Assembly: GCA_965222155.1 (NCBI GenBank)
Contig: CBDCTH010000012.1
Location: forward strand, 2,560,001-2,624,000
Origin: Gammaproteobacteria bacterium
Lineage (GTDB): Bacteria; Pseudomonadota; Gammaproteobacteria; Eutrophobiales; Eutrophobiaceae
Reading direction: 5' to 3'
Length of the DNA stretch: 64,000 nt
Shown: piece by piece, positions 49,701 to 60,273 of the stretch
Numbering within the stretch: the stretch's first letter is position 1
Layout of the letters: the number at the start of each line of letters is the position of its first letter
Notes under the pieces: generated by a model
Databases searched by the model: none
Told to the model about the DNA's origin: nothing
The model's input: only the letters and a program-made list of their open reading frames with translations
Made by a program: the position numbers and the translations under genes

Positions 49701-52700
49701 TGAGCAAGAACACGGACGTGCTGAGCCTGGTCGATGACCAGGGCACCATCCTGATAGACCCGGGCGATGGGCTGCCCGCCGGCAACCAGCTGGCGGTCGA
49801 GACCCGTGTGGGCACCGTCTATACCCTGATTGCCGTCAACAGCGAGAGTGGCCTCAGCAGCAAGCCCCGTACCGTCACGGTCAGGGCACCGGCGCCGGTC
49901 AGGCCCACCGTCAGGCCCCCGCCTGAGCCCGTCAATGCTGCGCCCACCGGGGTGATTGTCAGTTGGGTCCCCCCGGCCACGGACGGCATGATTGCCGAGG
50001 ACGTGGACACAAGCACCGGCCGGGTGAAGCTGGCGAACCTGTCCGCCACCGATCCGGACGACAGTCGCCATACCTTCAGCGTCGTCGGCGCGGACATCTT
50101 CGAGATTACCGGCGCCGCGCTCTACCTGAAGCAGGGTGTAGTGCTGGATTACGAGACACAACCACGCCATGGCTTCACGCTCACTGCAACGGATGGCGGC
50201 GGCCTCAGCGTCACCGGCGCTGAGCAGACCCTTGCCGTGACCTATGCCAACGAGGCGCCGACCGAAGTGATTGTCACCTGGGTGCCCCCGGCCACGGACG
50301 GCGCCATCGCCGAGGACGTGGACACGAGCGCCGGGCCGGTGAAGATTGCCGAGCTGTCCGCGGTCGACCCGGATGCCGACGACAGCCACGTCTTCAGCCT
50401 CAGTGATACGACACTCTTCGAGATTGCCGGCACGGCGCTCTACCTGAAGCAGGGTGTGGGGCTGGATTACGAGACGCAGCCACGCCATGGCGTCACACTC
50501 ACTGCAACGGATGGCGGCGGCCTCAGCGTCACCGGCGCTGCGCAGACCCTTGCCGTGACCGATGCCAACGAGGCGCCGACCGAAGTGATTATCGCCTGGG
50601 TGCCCCCGGCCACAGACGGCGCCATCGCCGAGGACGTGGACACAAGTGCCGGGCCGGTGCAGCTGGCCGAGCTGTCCGCGGTCGACCCCGATGCCGACGA
50701 CAGCCACGTCTTCAGCCTCAGTGGCGCGGACATCTTCGAGATTACCGGCGCCGCGCTCTACCTGAAGCAGGGTGTGGGGCTGGATTACGAGACACAGTCA
50801 AGCTATGGTTTCACGCTCACTGCAACGGATGGCGGCGGTCTCAGCGTCACCGGCACTGAGCAGACCCTTGCCGTGACCAATGCCAACGAGGCGCCGACCG
50901 AAGTGATTGTCGCCTGGGTAGCCCCGGTCACGGACGGCGCCATTGCCGAGAACCTCGACACCCGCGCCGGCCCGGTGCAGGTGGCAACGCTGTCCGCCAC
51001 TGATCCGGACGCCGGGGACCAACACCGCTTCACCCTGGAGGGTGAGCAGGCGGCAGTGTTCGAGGTGGCCGGCAGCGACCTGTCTCTCAGGCAGGGCGTG
51101 GTGCTGGACCGTGAGACCCACCCGGCCTACCCCTTTACGGTCGTGGCCCGTGACACAGCGGGGCTGCGCGTCAGTACGGCAGTCGTCCTAGAAGTATCCG
51201 CTGAGACCGATACGCGGGCCCGGGCGCGGCTTAAGCGGGTCAACCGGGCCATTCTCCCGGCATTGTCCCGGGCCCTGGTGGCCGGTACCCTGGACGCCGT
51301 AGAGCGGCGCATTGACAGTGCCGGCGCGGCGCCGGGCGCGGCCACGCCGGCCGAGACTCTGGCGGGGCTGCTGTGGGGGCAGGCTGAGTCCCTGCGTGCG
51401 GGGCGCTGGGCAGAGGTGCTGGGGCGCTCGTCCTTTGCCCTGCGCCTGGACGAGGGGCCCCGCCGCCGGGGGGCTGAACACTATCACCCTGTGGGGCGGG
51501 GGCGATTACCGGCGCCTGTCCGGGGGGGCTGACGACCGGGCAGGGGCCGCTGACCCGGTGCACTGGGACGGCGCCGTGCTGAGCGCCCGCCTGGGGCTGG
51601 ACGCCCGGCTCCGGGACGACCTGCTGGCGGGTCTGGCGCTGTCCTGGGCCAAGGGCGAGTTTGACTACACCGACCGGGGTGCGGCCGGCTACCTGCCCAT
51701 AGAGGGCGCCCATGAAAGCCGGCTGCTGAGTGTCTACCCCTACGTGGGCTGGCACCCCCGGGCCGAGTTAGGTCTGTGGGGCATGGCGTAGGCGAGGTGC
51801 GGCTCCGGGACGCTGAGGCCGGCCGGCAGGCCGCGGACAGTGAGCAGGCCACGGCGGCGCTGGGTGGTCGGGTGCGGCTGTTTGCAGGCAACAGTCTGGT
51901 TGCCGGCGGGGCGACGGTGTTGAATCTCAAGGGTGCGTGGTGGGGCTCGCGCTATGAGGTGGCGGCGGCGGGGTTGATTGAGGGGCTGGCGACGGACGTG
52001 TGGCGGCTGCGCCTGGCGCTGGAGGGCTCGCATGCGCAGCGCCTGGCCGGGGGCGGGACCGTGACGCCTTCGGTGGCGTTGGGGCTGCGCCATGACGGCG
52101 GCGATGGCGTGACCGGCGGCGGGCTGGAGTGGGGCGGCGGGCTGGTCTGGTTTGATCCGGCCCGGGGGCTGCGGGTAGAAGGCTATGGCCGGGCGCTGCT
52201 GGCGCACGCGGGGGACATCGAGGAATGGGGCGTCGGGGGACTGGTGGTGCTGACGCCGGGGACGGACGGGCGCGGGCTGTCGTTCCGTGTGCGCCCGGGT
52301 TGGGGCGTGGTGGACGGCCTGGCTGCCGGGCAGGCCGGGGCCGGCGCTGTTGAGCGGCTCTGGGCGCGGAGCTCGGACGTTGGGGGCAGTGGGCCTGGGT
52401 CACCGTCCCGCGGGGTGCGGTGGGAGACCGAGTTGGGTTATGGGCTGGCGACCGGGGGCGGTCTGCTCACGCCTTATGGGGGCATGGTAGTGGACGGGGG
52501 CGGGCGGCGTTACCGGTTGGGCGGGGTGTTCGAGCTGGGCCGCGCACTGACGCTGAGTCTGGAGAGTGCGCGCCGGGAGGGTGTGTTCGAGTCCCCGGAC
52601 CATGGCCTCATGCTGAGGCTGCGCTACGGGCTGGGGGGTGCGGGGTTGGCGACCCCGGCGCGTGGGTTACACGGGCCGCATACCCTGGGACGCGGCCCCG

Positions 52701-52729
52701 GTTGGGAACAGGACAGCAGTGCCCGCTAA
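46793..52729 (+). pseudogene. Large FN3-repeat/cadherin-repeat autotransporter adhesin, frameshifted
   Basis: Signal AWA-QS; about 9 FN3 repeats (LTVSW..YDVQY..LTNGQ.YDVQVRA); 4 cadherin repeats (LDYE, ATDGGG, NEAPT); C-terminal barrel (LWGGGDYR, GLRHDGGD, TPYG); breaks near 46950, 48310, 51460, 51785. Confidence 0.88.
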
Positions 52730-52886
52730 CCCGTATATCTCACCAATTGATGCGCTGACAAATCGTCAGGACAGCCGATTTACAAAGTATATCCTGTACT
52801 TTGCCTGCCCCGTCGGGGCCAGGCTCGCGCGGCGCGACTGTTCAACAGCTCCCGGCAGATTTGTGATGTGCGCCTTACATCTCTCC

Positions 52887-52911
52887 GGGGACGGATTTCA
52901 AATCCGTCCCC
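52887..52911. repeat. GGGGAC-type palindrome
   Basis: GGGGACGGATTTCAAATCCGTCCCC. Confidence 0.8.
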
Positions 52912-52987
52912 TTGTGCGTCCCCTTATGCACTCACGTGCCCGCTGGCGGCACAAAAAGCAACTGACACCTCAGCGCGCCGGATAAGC

Positions 52988-53003
52988 GTATGCGGTTGCC
53001 CTG
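52988..53003 (+). mobile_element. Third ISAs1 terminal repeat
   Basis: GTATGCGGTTGCCCTG, identical to 46379-46394. Confidence 0.7.
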
Positions 53004-53087
53004 CCTGATTGTAGAGTCTGTGATTGTAGAGTCTTGCATTTTATTGAATAACTGATTTAATATATCAAAGGAAATAGGGTAAACGTA

Positions 53088-55529
53088 ATGTCGAACATAA
53101 CAAAAACGTCTCAGCGACCGCCGGTACGGAAAAAGACTCTTGCCATTGCGATGTCGGCCCTGCTCGGCGGCGCCCAAGCTGCGGATGCGCAACAGGTGCT
53201 GGAGGAAATCGTCGTTACCGCCACCAAGCGGGAAGCCAACCTGCAGGACATTCCGGTATCAATCACTGCCTTCACTACCGATGATATTCAAAGGCGCGGC
53301 TTCAGGGGCTTGCAGGACTATGCCAGTTATATTCCGGGACTTGCACTCGGGCAGCGCGAACCAGGGGGGAATTCAGTCGTTTTCCGCGGCGTTGCCGCCT
53401 CGGGAATCCAGTTCGGCACCAACCCCTCCAGCGGCGTCTACCTGGATGAACAGCCCATCACCGCCGCCGGCATCAACCCGGACCCGCGCTTGATCGATAT
53501 TGAGCGGGTCGAAGCCCTGAGCGGTCCCCAGGGCACGCTGTTCGGCGACGCGTCACAATCGGGCACCCTGCGGATAATCACCAATAAGCCGGATGCAACC
53601 GAATTCGACAGTTGGATAGATGCCTCCGGTTCACAGGTCGACGGCGGCGACGCCGGCTATGACGTCAGCGCCATGGTCAACCTGCCCGTCAGTGAAAACC
53701 AGCTTGCCATTCGGTTGGTGGGTTTCCATGCGGAAGATGCCGGCTATATCGACAACGTGCTCGGCGCCAGCGCAGGAGGCACTTTTACCAACGCAGACCT
53801 GGTAGAGGATGACGTCAATACTACAGAAACCACCGGCGGCCGGGTCGCGGCGCGCTGGACACCGAATGATGACTGGACCCTGGATATTTCTGCGCTGTAC
53901 CAGGAGACCAATGCCGACGCTTTTGCCGATACCAACATCGAGGTGGGCGGCCTGGAGCAGGTACGCTTCGCCGAGGAAAAACTGAACGAGGAATGGTACC
54001 AGATCGGCCTGACCCTGCAGGGTAACCTGGGCTTTGCCGATGCCCTGGTGCATGCGTCCTATTTCAATCGCGACTTCCGTTATGACGCCGACGGCACCGA
54101 TTACCAGTTTGCATTCAACCAGTTGTTCGATGATGTATATTATGATGTCTACAATTTCGGCGGCGACCCGCAGAACGGATTTGCCATCAATGATATCAAC
54201 AATGACCGCTGGACCGTGGAGGCGCGTTTATCGACGCCTGTTGATTCCGGCAGCAAGTGGTTCGGACTGGTGGGGCTGTTCTACAATCACTCCGAGGAAA
54301 AATCACTGTTTGCTGCCGGGAACGACAGTTTCGCCGGTTCGCCGGGCTTTTACTACCTGGCCTATAACGTTGAATTCAACAACCCGGTCTATATAGATTA
54401 TGACGGGACCATCCCCAACCCGGATTTCGACCCGTATTCTGCTTCCCTGAACGGCCTGCCTCCCGGCAGCTGGGAGGCTAACAGCAACTGGTTTTTCGGC
54501 ACCTATGATGAGACTATCGAGCAGTTCGCCATTTTCGGGGAGATGAGTTTCGATTTTACCGAAAACTTTACAATCACCGCGGGGGGACGCTGGTTCCGGG
54601 TTGAACGTGATTTCCACCTGGTGCAGGGCGGCCTGCAACAGGACGGAATAGAGCCTGACTATGCTACTGATTTCATCGTCACCGATGAAATGGTCAGCGG
54701 ACTGGATCATGGTTTCGTACCCAAGGTAAACCTGACCTGGCGCTATAGTGATGACGACATGGTCTATTTTACCTATTCACACGGTTTCCGTAGCGGGGGC
54801 GGAAACGGGTCGAAGCGTATTTCGGGTATTCCGCGTTCGTACGATTCGGATACCTTGAAGAACCTGGAAGTCGGGGCAAAAACCACCTGGTTTGACGGGC
54901 GATTGCGGGCTAATTTCACCGCTTACATGATGAATTGGGAGGACATACAGGTACAGGTTGAAGATCCCAACCCGCTGGTATTCTCCCTGGGGATTGTCAA
55001 TTTCCCGGCAGCAGAGGTGGACGGCTTCGAGTTTGACTTTGCCTGGCTGCCCGCCGAAGGCTGGGACCTGAGTGGCACCGTTGCCTATAATGATGCAAGG
55101 ATCTCTCAATCAGCCTCGCTGGATTTCCTGGGATTTACCCTTGACGCAGAGGAAGGAAGCAGGCTGCCAATTACCCCGGAATGGAAAGCCAGCCTGTCTG
55201 CAGAGTATACCTTCCCGCGCATGATGTTCGGCGCCGAACCCTACGTGCGGTTTGATTACGCTCACACCGGCGAGTCCATCAATGCCCTGGAAGGGCTTGA
55301 ACCCATCGTATCCCTGGAATCCGATCCGCCGACGACAATCCAGAAGGCTTTTAATGTAGGAAACTTCAGCATGGGGCTGGATAACGAATCCTGGAGTGCC
55401 TCTTTCTACATCAACAACGTCTGGGATGAGCGCGGGACCACATTCGTCAATAACCGCTGGGCCGAACGGCGCTTCGGCGTGAATCAGCCGCGCACCTTCG
55501 GCGTCACTTTCAGAAAAAACTTCAGGTAA
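53088..55529 (+). CDS. TonB-dependent receptor
   Basis: Signal peptide, LEEIVVTATKR, IERVEALSGPQGTLFG, PRTFGV. Confidence 0.95.
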   Translation: MSNITKTSQRPPVRKKTLAIAMSALLGGAQAADAQQVLEEIVVTATKREANLQDIPVSITAFTTDDIQRRGFRGLQDYASYIPGLALGQREPGGNSVVFRGVAASGIQFGTNPSSGVYLDEQPITAAGINPDPRLIDIERVEALSGPQGTLFGDASQSGTLRIITNKPDATEFDSWIDASGSQVDGGDAGYDVSAMVNLPVSENQLAIRLVGFHAEDAGYIDNVLGASAGGTFTNADLVEDDVNTTETTGGRVAARWTPNDDWTLDISALYQETNADAFADTNIEVGGLEQVRFAEEKLNEEWYQIGLTLQGNLGFADALVHASYFNRDFRYDADGTDYQFAFNQLFDDVYYDVYNFGGDPQNGFAINDINNDRWTVEARLSTPVDSGSKWFGLVGLFYNHSEEKSLFAAGNDSFAGSPGFYYLAYNVEFNNPVYIDYDGTIPNPDFDPYSASLNGLPPGSWEANSNWFFGTYDETIEQFAIFGEMSFDFTENFTITAGGRWFRVERDFHLVQGGLQQDGIEPDYATDFIVTDEMVSGLDHGFVPKVNLTWRYSDDDMVYFTYSHGFRSGGGNGSKRISGIPRSYDSDTLKNLEVGAKTTWFDGRLRANFTAYMMNWEDIQVQVEDPNPLVFSLGIVNFPAAEVDGFEFDFAWLPAEGWDLSGTVAYNDARISQSASLDFLGFTLDAEEGSRLPITPEWKASLSAEYTFPRMMFGAEPYVRFDYAHTGESINALEGLEPIVSLESDPPTTIQKAFNVGNFSMGLDNESWSASFYINNVWDERGTTFVNNRWAERRFGVNQPRTFGVTFRKNFR

Positions 55530-55581
55530 GGTCTTTTCGTCAAAATGCCGGCCAGCTGTCGTTCATGTGCAGGCTAATGGT

Positions 55582-56916
55582 ATGACCATGTTCAAAAAAT
55601 GGTTCCAGGATAATGCCATCGAAGAGGTGGAAGTGCTGATCCCGGATATTGCCGGGATGGCCAGGGGAAAGTTTGTGCCGGCGGAACGTTATCTGGCGGA
55701 TAACGGCATCCGTATTGCCAAAGGGCTGTTTACCCAGACCATTACCGGAGATTACATCGAACTGGTTGAGATCATCAATCCTGCCGATATCGATATGGAA
55801 GCCAGGCCGGTAGCGGAAACAAAACGTAAAGTTCCCTGGGCGCCTTACCCGACGGCTCAAATCATCCATGATTGCTATCATCTTGACGGAACCCCCGTGG
55901 AAATTGCCCCCAGGCAGGTATTGAAACGCATACTCGACCTGTATGAGAAACAGGGCTGGCAGGCCGTTGTTGCGCCGGAGATTGAATTTTACCTGGTCAA
56001 GACCAATACCAATGCGGATTTGCCGCTGGAACCCCCAACCGGCCGCTCCGGCCGGCAGGAGCAGGCCCGGCGCACCTTCAGTATCGACGCCTTGAATGAA
56101 TTCGAGAACGTGGTTGAGGATATCTACGATTTTTCAGAACAACAGGAACTCGATATTGAGACGCTCTCCCATGAAGACGGTATTGCCCAGTTGGAGGTCA
56201 ATTTCCTGCATGGCGACCCGATGAGGCTGGCCGACCAGGTGTTTACCTTCAAAAGAACGGTGCGCGAGGCGGCATTCAAGCAAGATATGTATGCCACTTT
56301 CATGGCCAAACCACACCAGCATCAGCCGGGCAGTTCAATGCACCTGCACCAAAGCATTGTAGATAAAAAAACCGGTAAAAACATTTTCGCAAGCAAGAGC
56401 GGCAGGCCCAACAAGCTGTTCAGGAGTTATATTGCCGGCTTACAGAAATACCTGCCCGCAACCATGCCCCTGTTTGCGCCCAACGTGAATTCCTACCGGC
56501 GGATCACCCGTTACTATGCGTCCCCCATCAACACCCACTGGGGTTTCGATAACCGTACCGTCGGCCTGCGTGTGCCGCTGGCGCCGGCCGAGGCCACCCG
56601 GGTTGAAAACAGGGTGCCCGGTTCCGACACCAATCCGTATCTTGCCATCGCCGCGTCACTGGCCGCAGGTTACCTGGGGATGGAAGAAAAACTCGAACCC
56701 ACCAAACCGCTGGAGAGTAGCGCCCATGAACGGGCCATCACCCTGCCCAGGGACATGCATTCGGCATTGAAACTCATGCGGAGATGCGCGCCCGTACGCC
56801 GCCTGCTCGGTGAAGAATTTATCCAGGTCTACAATGCTGTCAAGGAACTTGAATACGAAACCTTTTTCCAGGTTATCAGTTCCTGGGAACGGGAACACCT
56901 GTTGTTGAATGTGTAA
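55582..56916 (+). CDS. Glutamine-synthetase-like gamma-glutamylpolyamine synthetase (PuuA/SpuB type); start uncertain
   Basis: PDIAGMARGK, APEIEFYL, QLEVNFLHG, ATFMAKP, GSSMHLHQS, WGFDNRT, RVENR. Confidence 0.9.
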   Translation: MTMFKKWFQDNAIEEVEVLIPDIAGMARGKFVPAERYLADNGIRIAKGLFTQTITGDYIELVEIINPADIDMEARPVAETKRKVPWAPYPTAQIIHDCYHLDGTPVEIAPRQVLKRILDLYEKQGWQAVVAPEIEFYLVKTNTNADLPLEPPTGRSGRQEQARRTFSIDALNEFENVVEDIYDFSEQQELDIETLSHEDGIAQLEVNFLHGDPMRLADQVFTFKRTVREAAFKQDMYATFMAKPHQHQPGSSMHLHQSIVDKKTGKNIFASKSGRPNKLFRSYIAGLQKYLPATMPLFAPNVNSYRRITRYYASPINTHWGFDNRTVGLRVPLAPAEATRVENRVPGSDTNPYLAIAASLAAGYLGMEEKLEPTKPLESSAHERAITLPRDMHSALKLMRRCAPVRRLLGEEFIQVYNAVKELEYETFFQVISSWEREHLLLNV

Positions 56917-56938
56917 TATATTTGTATATTTTTAATTA

Positions 56939-58306
56939 ATGGATAATTACACTACAAACAGGACCTCAGACTGGCAGGCGGTTGATCGCGCTCACTACCT
57001 GCATTCTTTTACCGATACAAAAGCATTGGCCGAAGAAGGCTGCCGGGTGATCACCCGCGCAGACGGGGTTTATATCTGGGACTCGGACGGGAACCGCCTG
57101 CTGGACGGCATGGCCGGTTTGTGGTGTGTCAACGTGGGTTACGGCCGTAAGGAGCTGGCGGAAGCGGCGTATAGACAACTGCTGGAGTTGCCCTATTACA
57201 ATAATTTCTTCAAGACTTCCCCGCCAACGGCAATTGAATTGGCAGGAGTGCTGGCGCAGGTCACGGCGCCGCATTTAAATCATGTTTTTTTTACGAATTC
57301 AGGTTCTGAGGCTAACGATACCGCATTCAGACTGGTGCGACGCTACTGGGACCTGGCGGGCAAACCCGGAAAAGAGGTGATTATCAGCCGTGACCTCGCC
57401 TACCACGGCAGCACGGTCGCGGCGGCCAGCCTGGGCGGACAGAAACTGATGCATGAACAAGGTCACTTGCCGATACCCGGCATCAGGCATATCGCGCCCC
57501 CGTACTGGTACCGGGACGGAGGTGATTTGTCCCCGGAGGAATTCGGTAAGGCTGCCGCCCGACTGCTGGAACAGGAAATCATCTCATTGGGCGCGGAGCG
57601 GGTTGCCGCTTTCATTGGCGAACCGATTCAATGTGCCGGCGGGGTGATTATCCCGCCGGAAAGCTATTGGCCGGAAATTCAACGCATCTGCAATGAATAC
57701 GACGTCCTGCTGGTCGCGGACGAGGTAATCTGCGGTTTCGGCCGTCTTGGCACCTGGTTTGGTTCCGACTACTACCGGTTGCAACCTGACCTGATGCCGA
57801 TAGCCAAGGGATTATCGTCCGGCTACCTGCCTGTCGGTGGCGTGATGGTGGCGGATCGAATCACTGATTTGTTTATCGCAGAAGGTGAGGAATTCGCCCA
57901 CGGCTTCACCTACTCCGGCCACCCCGCTGCGTGTGCGGTAGCCCTGGCTAATATTGCCATCTTGCGGGATGAGAAAATCGTGGAAAACGTAAGAGATAAC
58001 ACTGGGCCCTATCTTGAACAGCGCTGGAACGAACTCGCGCAACACCCTCTGGTGGGTGAGACGAGAGGCGTCGGTTTCCTCCGTGCATTGGAACTGGTAA
58101 AGAATAAACAATCCCGGGAGTTTTTCGATCCCGTAGGCAAAATCGGACAGATCTGTCGTGATATTTGTTTTAACAACGGCCTGGTCATGCGTGCAATACG
58201 TGACACCATGGTCGTCTCCCCACCCCTGATATTGACGAGAGAACAGATTGACGAACTCGTCGAATTGGTCAACAAGTGCCTGGACTTGACCGCAAGAGAA
58301 CTGTGA
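56939..58306 (+). CDS. spuC: Class III aminotransferase, putrescine--pyruvate (SpuC) type
   Basis: LDGMAGLWCVNVGYGR, SGSEAND, YHGST, DEVICGFGR, AKGLSSGY, HGFTYSGHP. Confidence 0.85.
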   Translation: MDNYTTNRTSDWQAVDRAHYLHSFTDTKALAEEGCRVITRADGVYIWDSDGNRLLDGMAGLWCVNVGYGRKELAEAAYRQLLELPYYNNFFKTSPPTAIELAGVLAQVTAPHLNHVFFTNSGSEANDTAFRLVRRYWDLAGKPGKEVIISRDLAYHGSTVAAASLGGQKLMHEQGHLPIPGIRHIAPPYWYRDGGDLSPEEFGKAAARLLEQEIISLGAERVAAFIGEPIQCAGGVIIPPESYWPEIQRICNEYDVLLVADEVICGFGRLGTWFGSDYYRLQPDLMPIAKGLSSGYLPVGGVMVADRITDLFIAEGEEFAHGFTYSGHPAACAVALANIAILRDEKIVENVRDNTGPYLEQRWNELAQHPLVGETRGVGFLRALELVKNKQSREFFDPVGKIGQICRDICFNNGLVMRAIRDTMVVSPPLILTREQIDELVELVNKCLDLTAREL

Positions 58307-58321
58307 ACAGGAGAGAATAAC

Positions 58322-60145
58322 ATGAGCTGGCAACATCAAATATTACGGGTCAACCTGACCGATCTGAACTGTACAATAGAACCGCTAAACGAGGAATGGG
58401 CGCAATCCTACCTCGGACAACGGGGACTGGGCACCAAGTACCTGTATGAAGAGATAGACCCCAGAGTCGATCCGGTATCTCCTGAAAATAAGTTAATCTT
58501 TGCAACCGGCCCGTTGACCGGCACCATGGCCTCAACCGGGGGGCGCTATTCCGTCATTACCAAAGGCGCATTGACCAATGCCATCGCCTGCTCCAATTCC
58601 GGCGGCCAGTTCGGCGCCGAACTGAAGCTGGCCGGGTATGACCTGCTTATCCTGGAGGGCAAGGCGCCGGAACCCGTTTACCTTTATATCGAAAACGACC
58701 GTGTGCGCCTGCTCCCTGCCGACCACCTGTGGGGCCGGACCGTCTGGGAAACGGAAACGACCATCAAGCAGGCCCACAGCGACCCGCTTATCCACGTCGC
58801 CTCGGTCGGTCCCAGCGCTGAGTATGGCTGCCGTTATGCCTGCGTTGTCAATGATATGCACCGGGCGGCCGGACGTTCGGGTGTAGGCACGGTAATGGGA
58901 TCAAAACACCTGAAAGCAGTTGCCGTCAGGGGCACGAAAGGTCTCAGCGTGTCGGACCCGGAAGCATTTATGCAGGTAGTAAGGAGCACCGCACAAGCTA
59001 TGCGGGAAGACGACGGGCGCAAAGCCTTGACCAAGGATGGCACCATCAGCATGATGGATACGACCAACGTCTACGGCACACTGCCCACCCGGAATTTCCG
59101 CGACGTCCAGTTCGAAGGCGCCGACAAGATAGGCCTGGGCGCGATGAAGGCAGTGAATGAAAACGGCCACTCCAACCTGGTGACAAACAGCGCCTGCTTC
59201 GGCTGCACTATCGGCTGTGGCAGAGTCTGCCGCATCGACCCGGAGCATTTTTCCGTCAAGGACAAGCCGCAATACCACGGCGCCTCCGGTGGACTCGAAT
59301 ACGAAACGGCCTACGCCCTGGGCTCCGGCGTGGGGGTAAGCGACATCGACGCCGCCACCTATTGCGGTTTCCTCTGCAATGAATACGGTATGGACCCCAT
59401 CTCTCTGGGCGGCTCCATCTCCGCGGCCATGGAATTATTTGACATCGGCGCGCTTGATGAATCGGTGACCGGCGGCATCAAACTGGAATTTGGTTCAGCC
59501 GAGGCCTTATGCGCAATGACGGAGGCCGTTGCCAGGGGAGAAGGGTTCGGCCGGGATATCGGCATGGGCTCGAAGTTGTTGTGTGAAAAGTATGGCCATC
59601 CCGAACTTTCCATGTCAGTCAAGGGCCAGGAATTTGCCGCCTATGACGGGCGCAGCATGCAGGGTATGGGCCTGGGATACGCCACCAGCAACCGCGGCGC
59701 CTGTCACTTGCGCGCCGCTCCTTATGAGGATGATTTCACTACCCTGGAACCCGCCGGCAAGGCGCAGGTGGTCAAGGAGACACAGGACTTCATCGCCGCA
59801 GTCGATTCCAGCGGGTTATGCCTTTTCTCAGGCTTCGGCGGCTTTTCCAATGAACTGGTTGCAGGACACATCAACGCCGCCTGTACGGGGGGATGGGACC
59901 TGGAACGTTTGCAGGAAACCGGGGAACGCATCTGGAACCTGGAACGGCAATTCAACCTGGCTGCCGGGTTGACCGCCAGTGACGATACCCTGCCGCCCAG
60001 AATTCTTACCGAGCCGGCTCCCAGCGGCGTGGCAAAGGGATGGGTGTGCAAGCTGGACGAGATGCTGCCGAAATATTACCGGCTGCGCGGCTGGGATGAA
60101 GCCGGCGCACCATCTCCCGAAACCCTGGCGCGGCTCGGACTTTAG
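58322..60145 (+). CDS. Aldehyde:ferredoxin oxidoreductase (tungstopterin AOR family) catalytic subunit
   Basis: SGGQFGAELKLAGYD, AGRSGVGTVMGSK, CFGCTIGC, LEYET, GMDPIS, TSNRGACH, DSSGLC. Confidence 0.95.
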   Translation: MSWQHQILRVNLTDLNCTIEPLNEEWAQSYLGQRGLGTKYLYEEIDPRVDPVSPENKLIFATGPLTGTMASTGGRYSVITKGALTNAIACSNSGGQFGAELKLAGYDLLILEGKAPEPVYLYIENDRVRLLPADHLWGRTVWETETTIKQAHSDPLIHVASVGPSAEYGCRYACVVNDMHRAAGRSGVGTVMGSKHLKAVAVRGTKGLSVSDPEAFMQVVRSTAQAMREDDGRKALTKDGTISMMDTTNVYGTLPTRNFRDVQFEGADKIGLGAMKAVNENGHSNLVTNSACFGCTIGCGRVCRIDPEHFSVKDKPQYHGASGGLEYETAYALGSGVGVSDIDAATYCGFLCNEYGMDPISLGGSISAAMELFDIGALDESVTGGIKLEFGSAEALCAMTEAVARGEGFGRDIGMGSKLLCEKYGHPELSMSVKGQEFAAYDGRSMQGMGLGYATSNRGACHLRAAPYEDDFTTLEPAGKAQVVKETQDFIAAVDSSGLCLFSGFGGFSNELVAGHINAACTGGWDLERLQETGERIWNLERQFNLAAGLTASDDTLPPRILTEPAPSGVAKGWVCKLDEMLPKYYRLRGWDEAGAPSPETLARLGL

Positions 60146-60168
60146 ACAAGGGGCATGCCAAGGATAAT

Positions 60169-60244
60169 CAGCAGGTGCTCCCGCTAAATCGAGGTCAATA
60201 CAGAAGACGGGGGGGACAGATTTAAATCTGTCCCCCAGGAGTCG
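60169..60244 (+). repeat. Partial copy of the 28507 MITE
   Basis: CAGCAGGTGCTCCCGCTAAATCGAGGTCAATACAG...GGGGGACAGATTTAAATCTGTCCCCCAGGAGTC. Confidence 0.85.
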
Positions 60245-60273
60245 AAAAATCCCTATACGATGAGGAAAGTTGC

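Noticed and set aside
47052-52758. Many overlapping alternative-frame and antisense ORFs
   Set aside because: By-products of the high-GC repetitive adhesin gene
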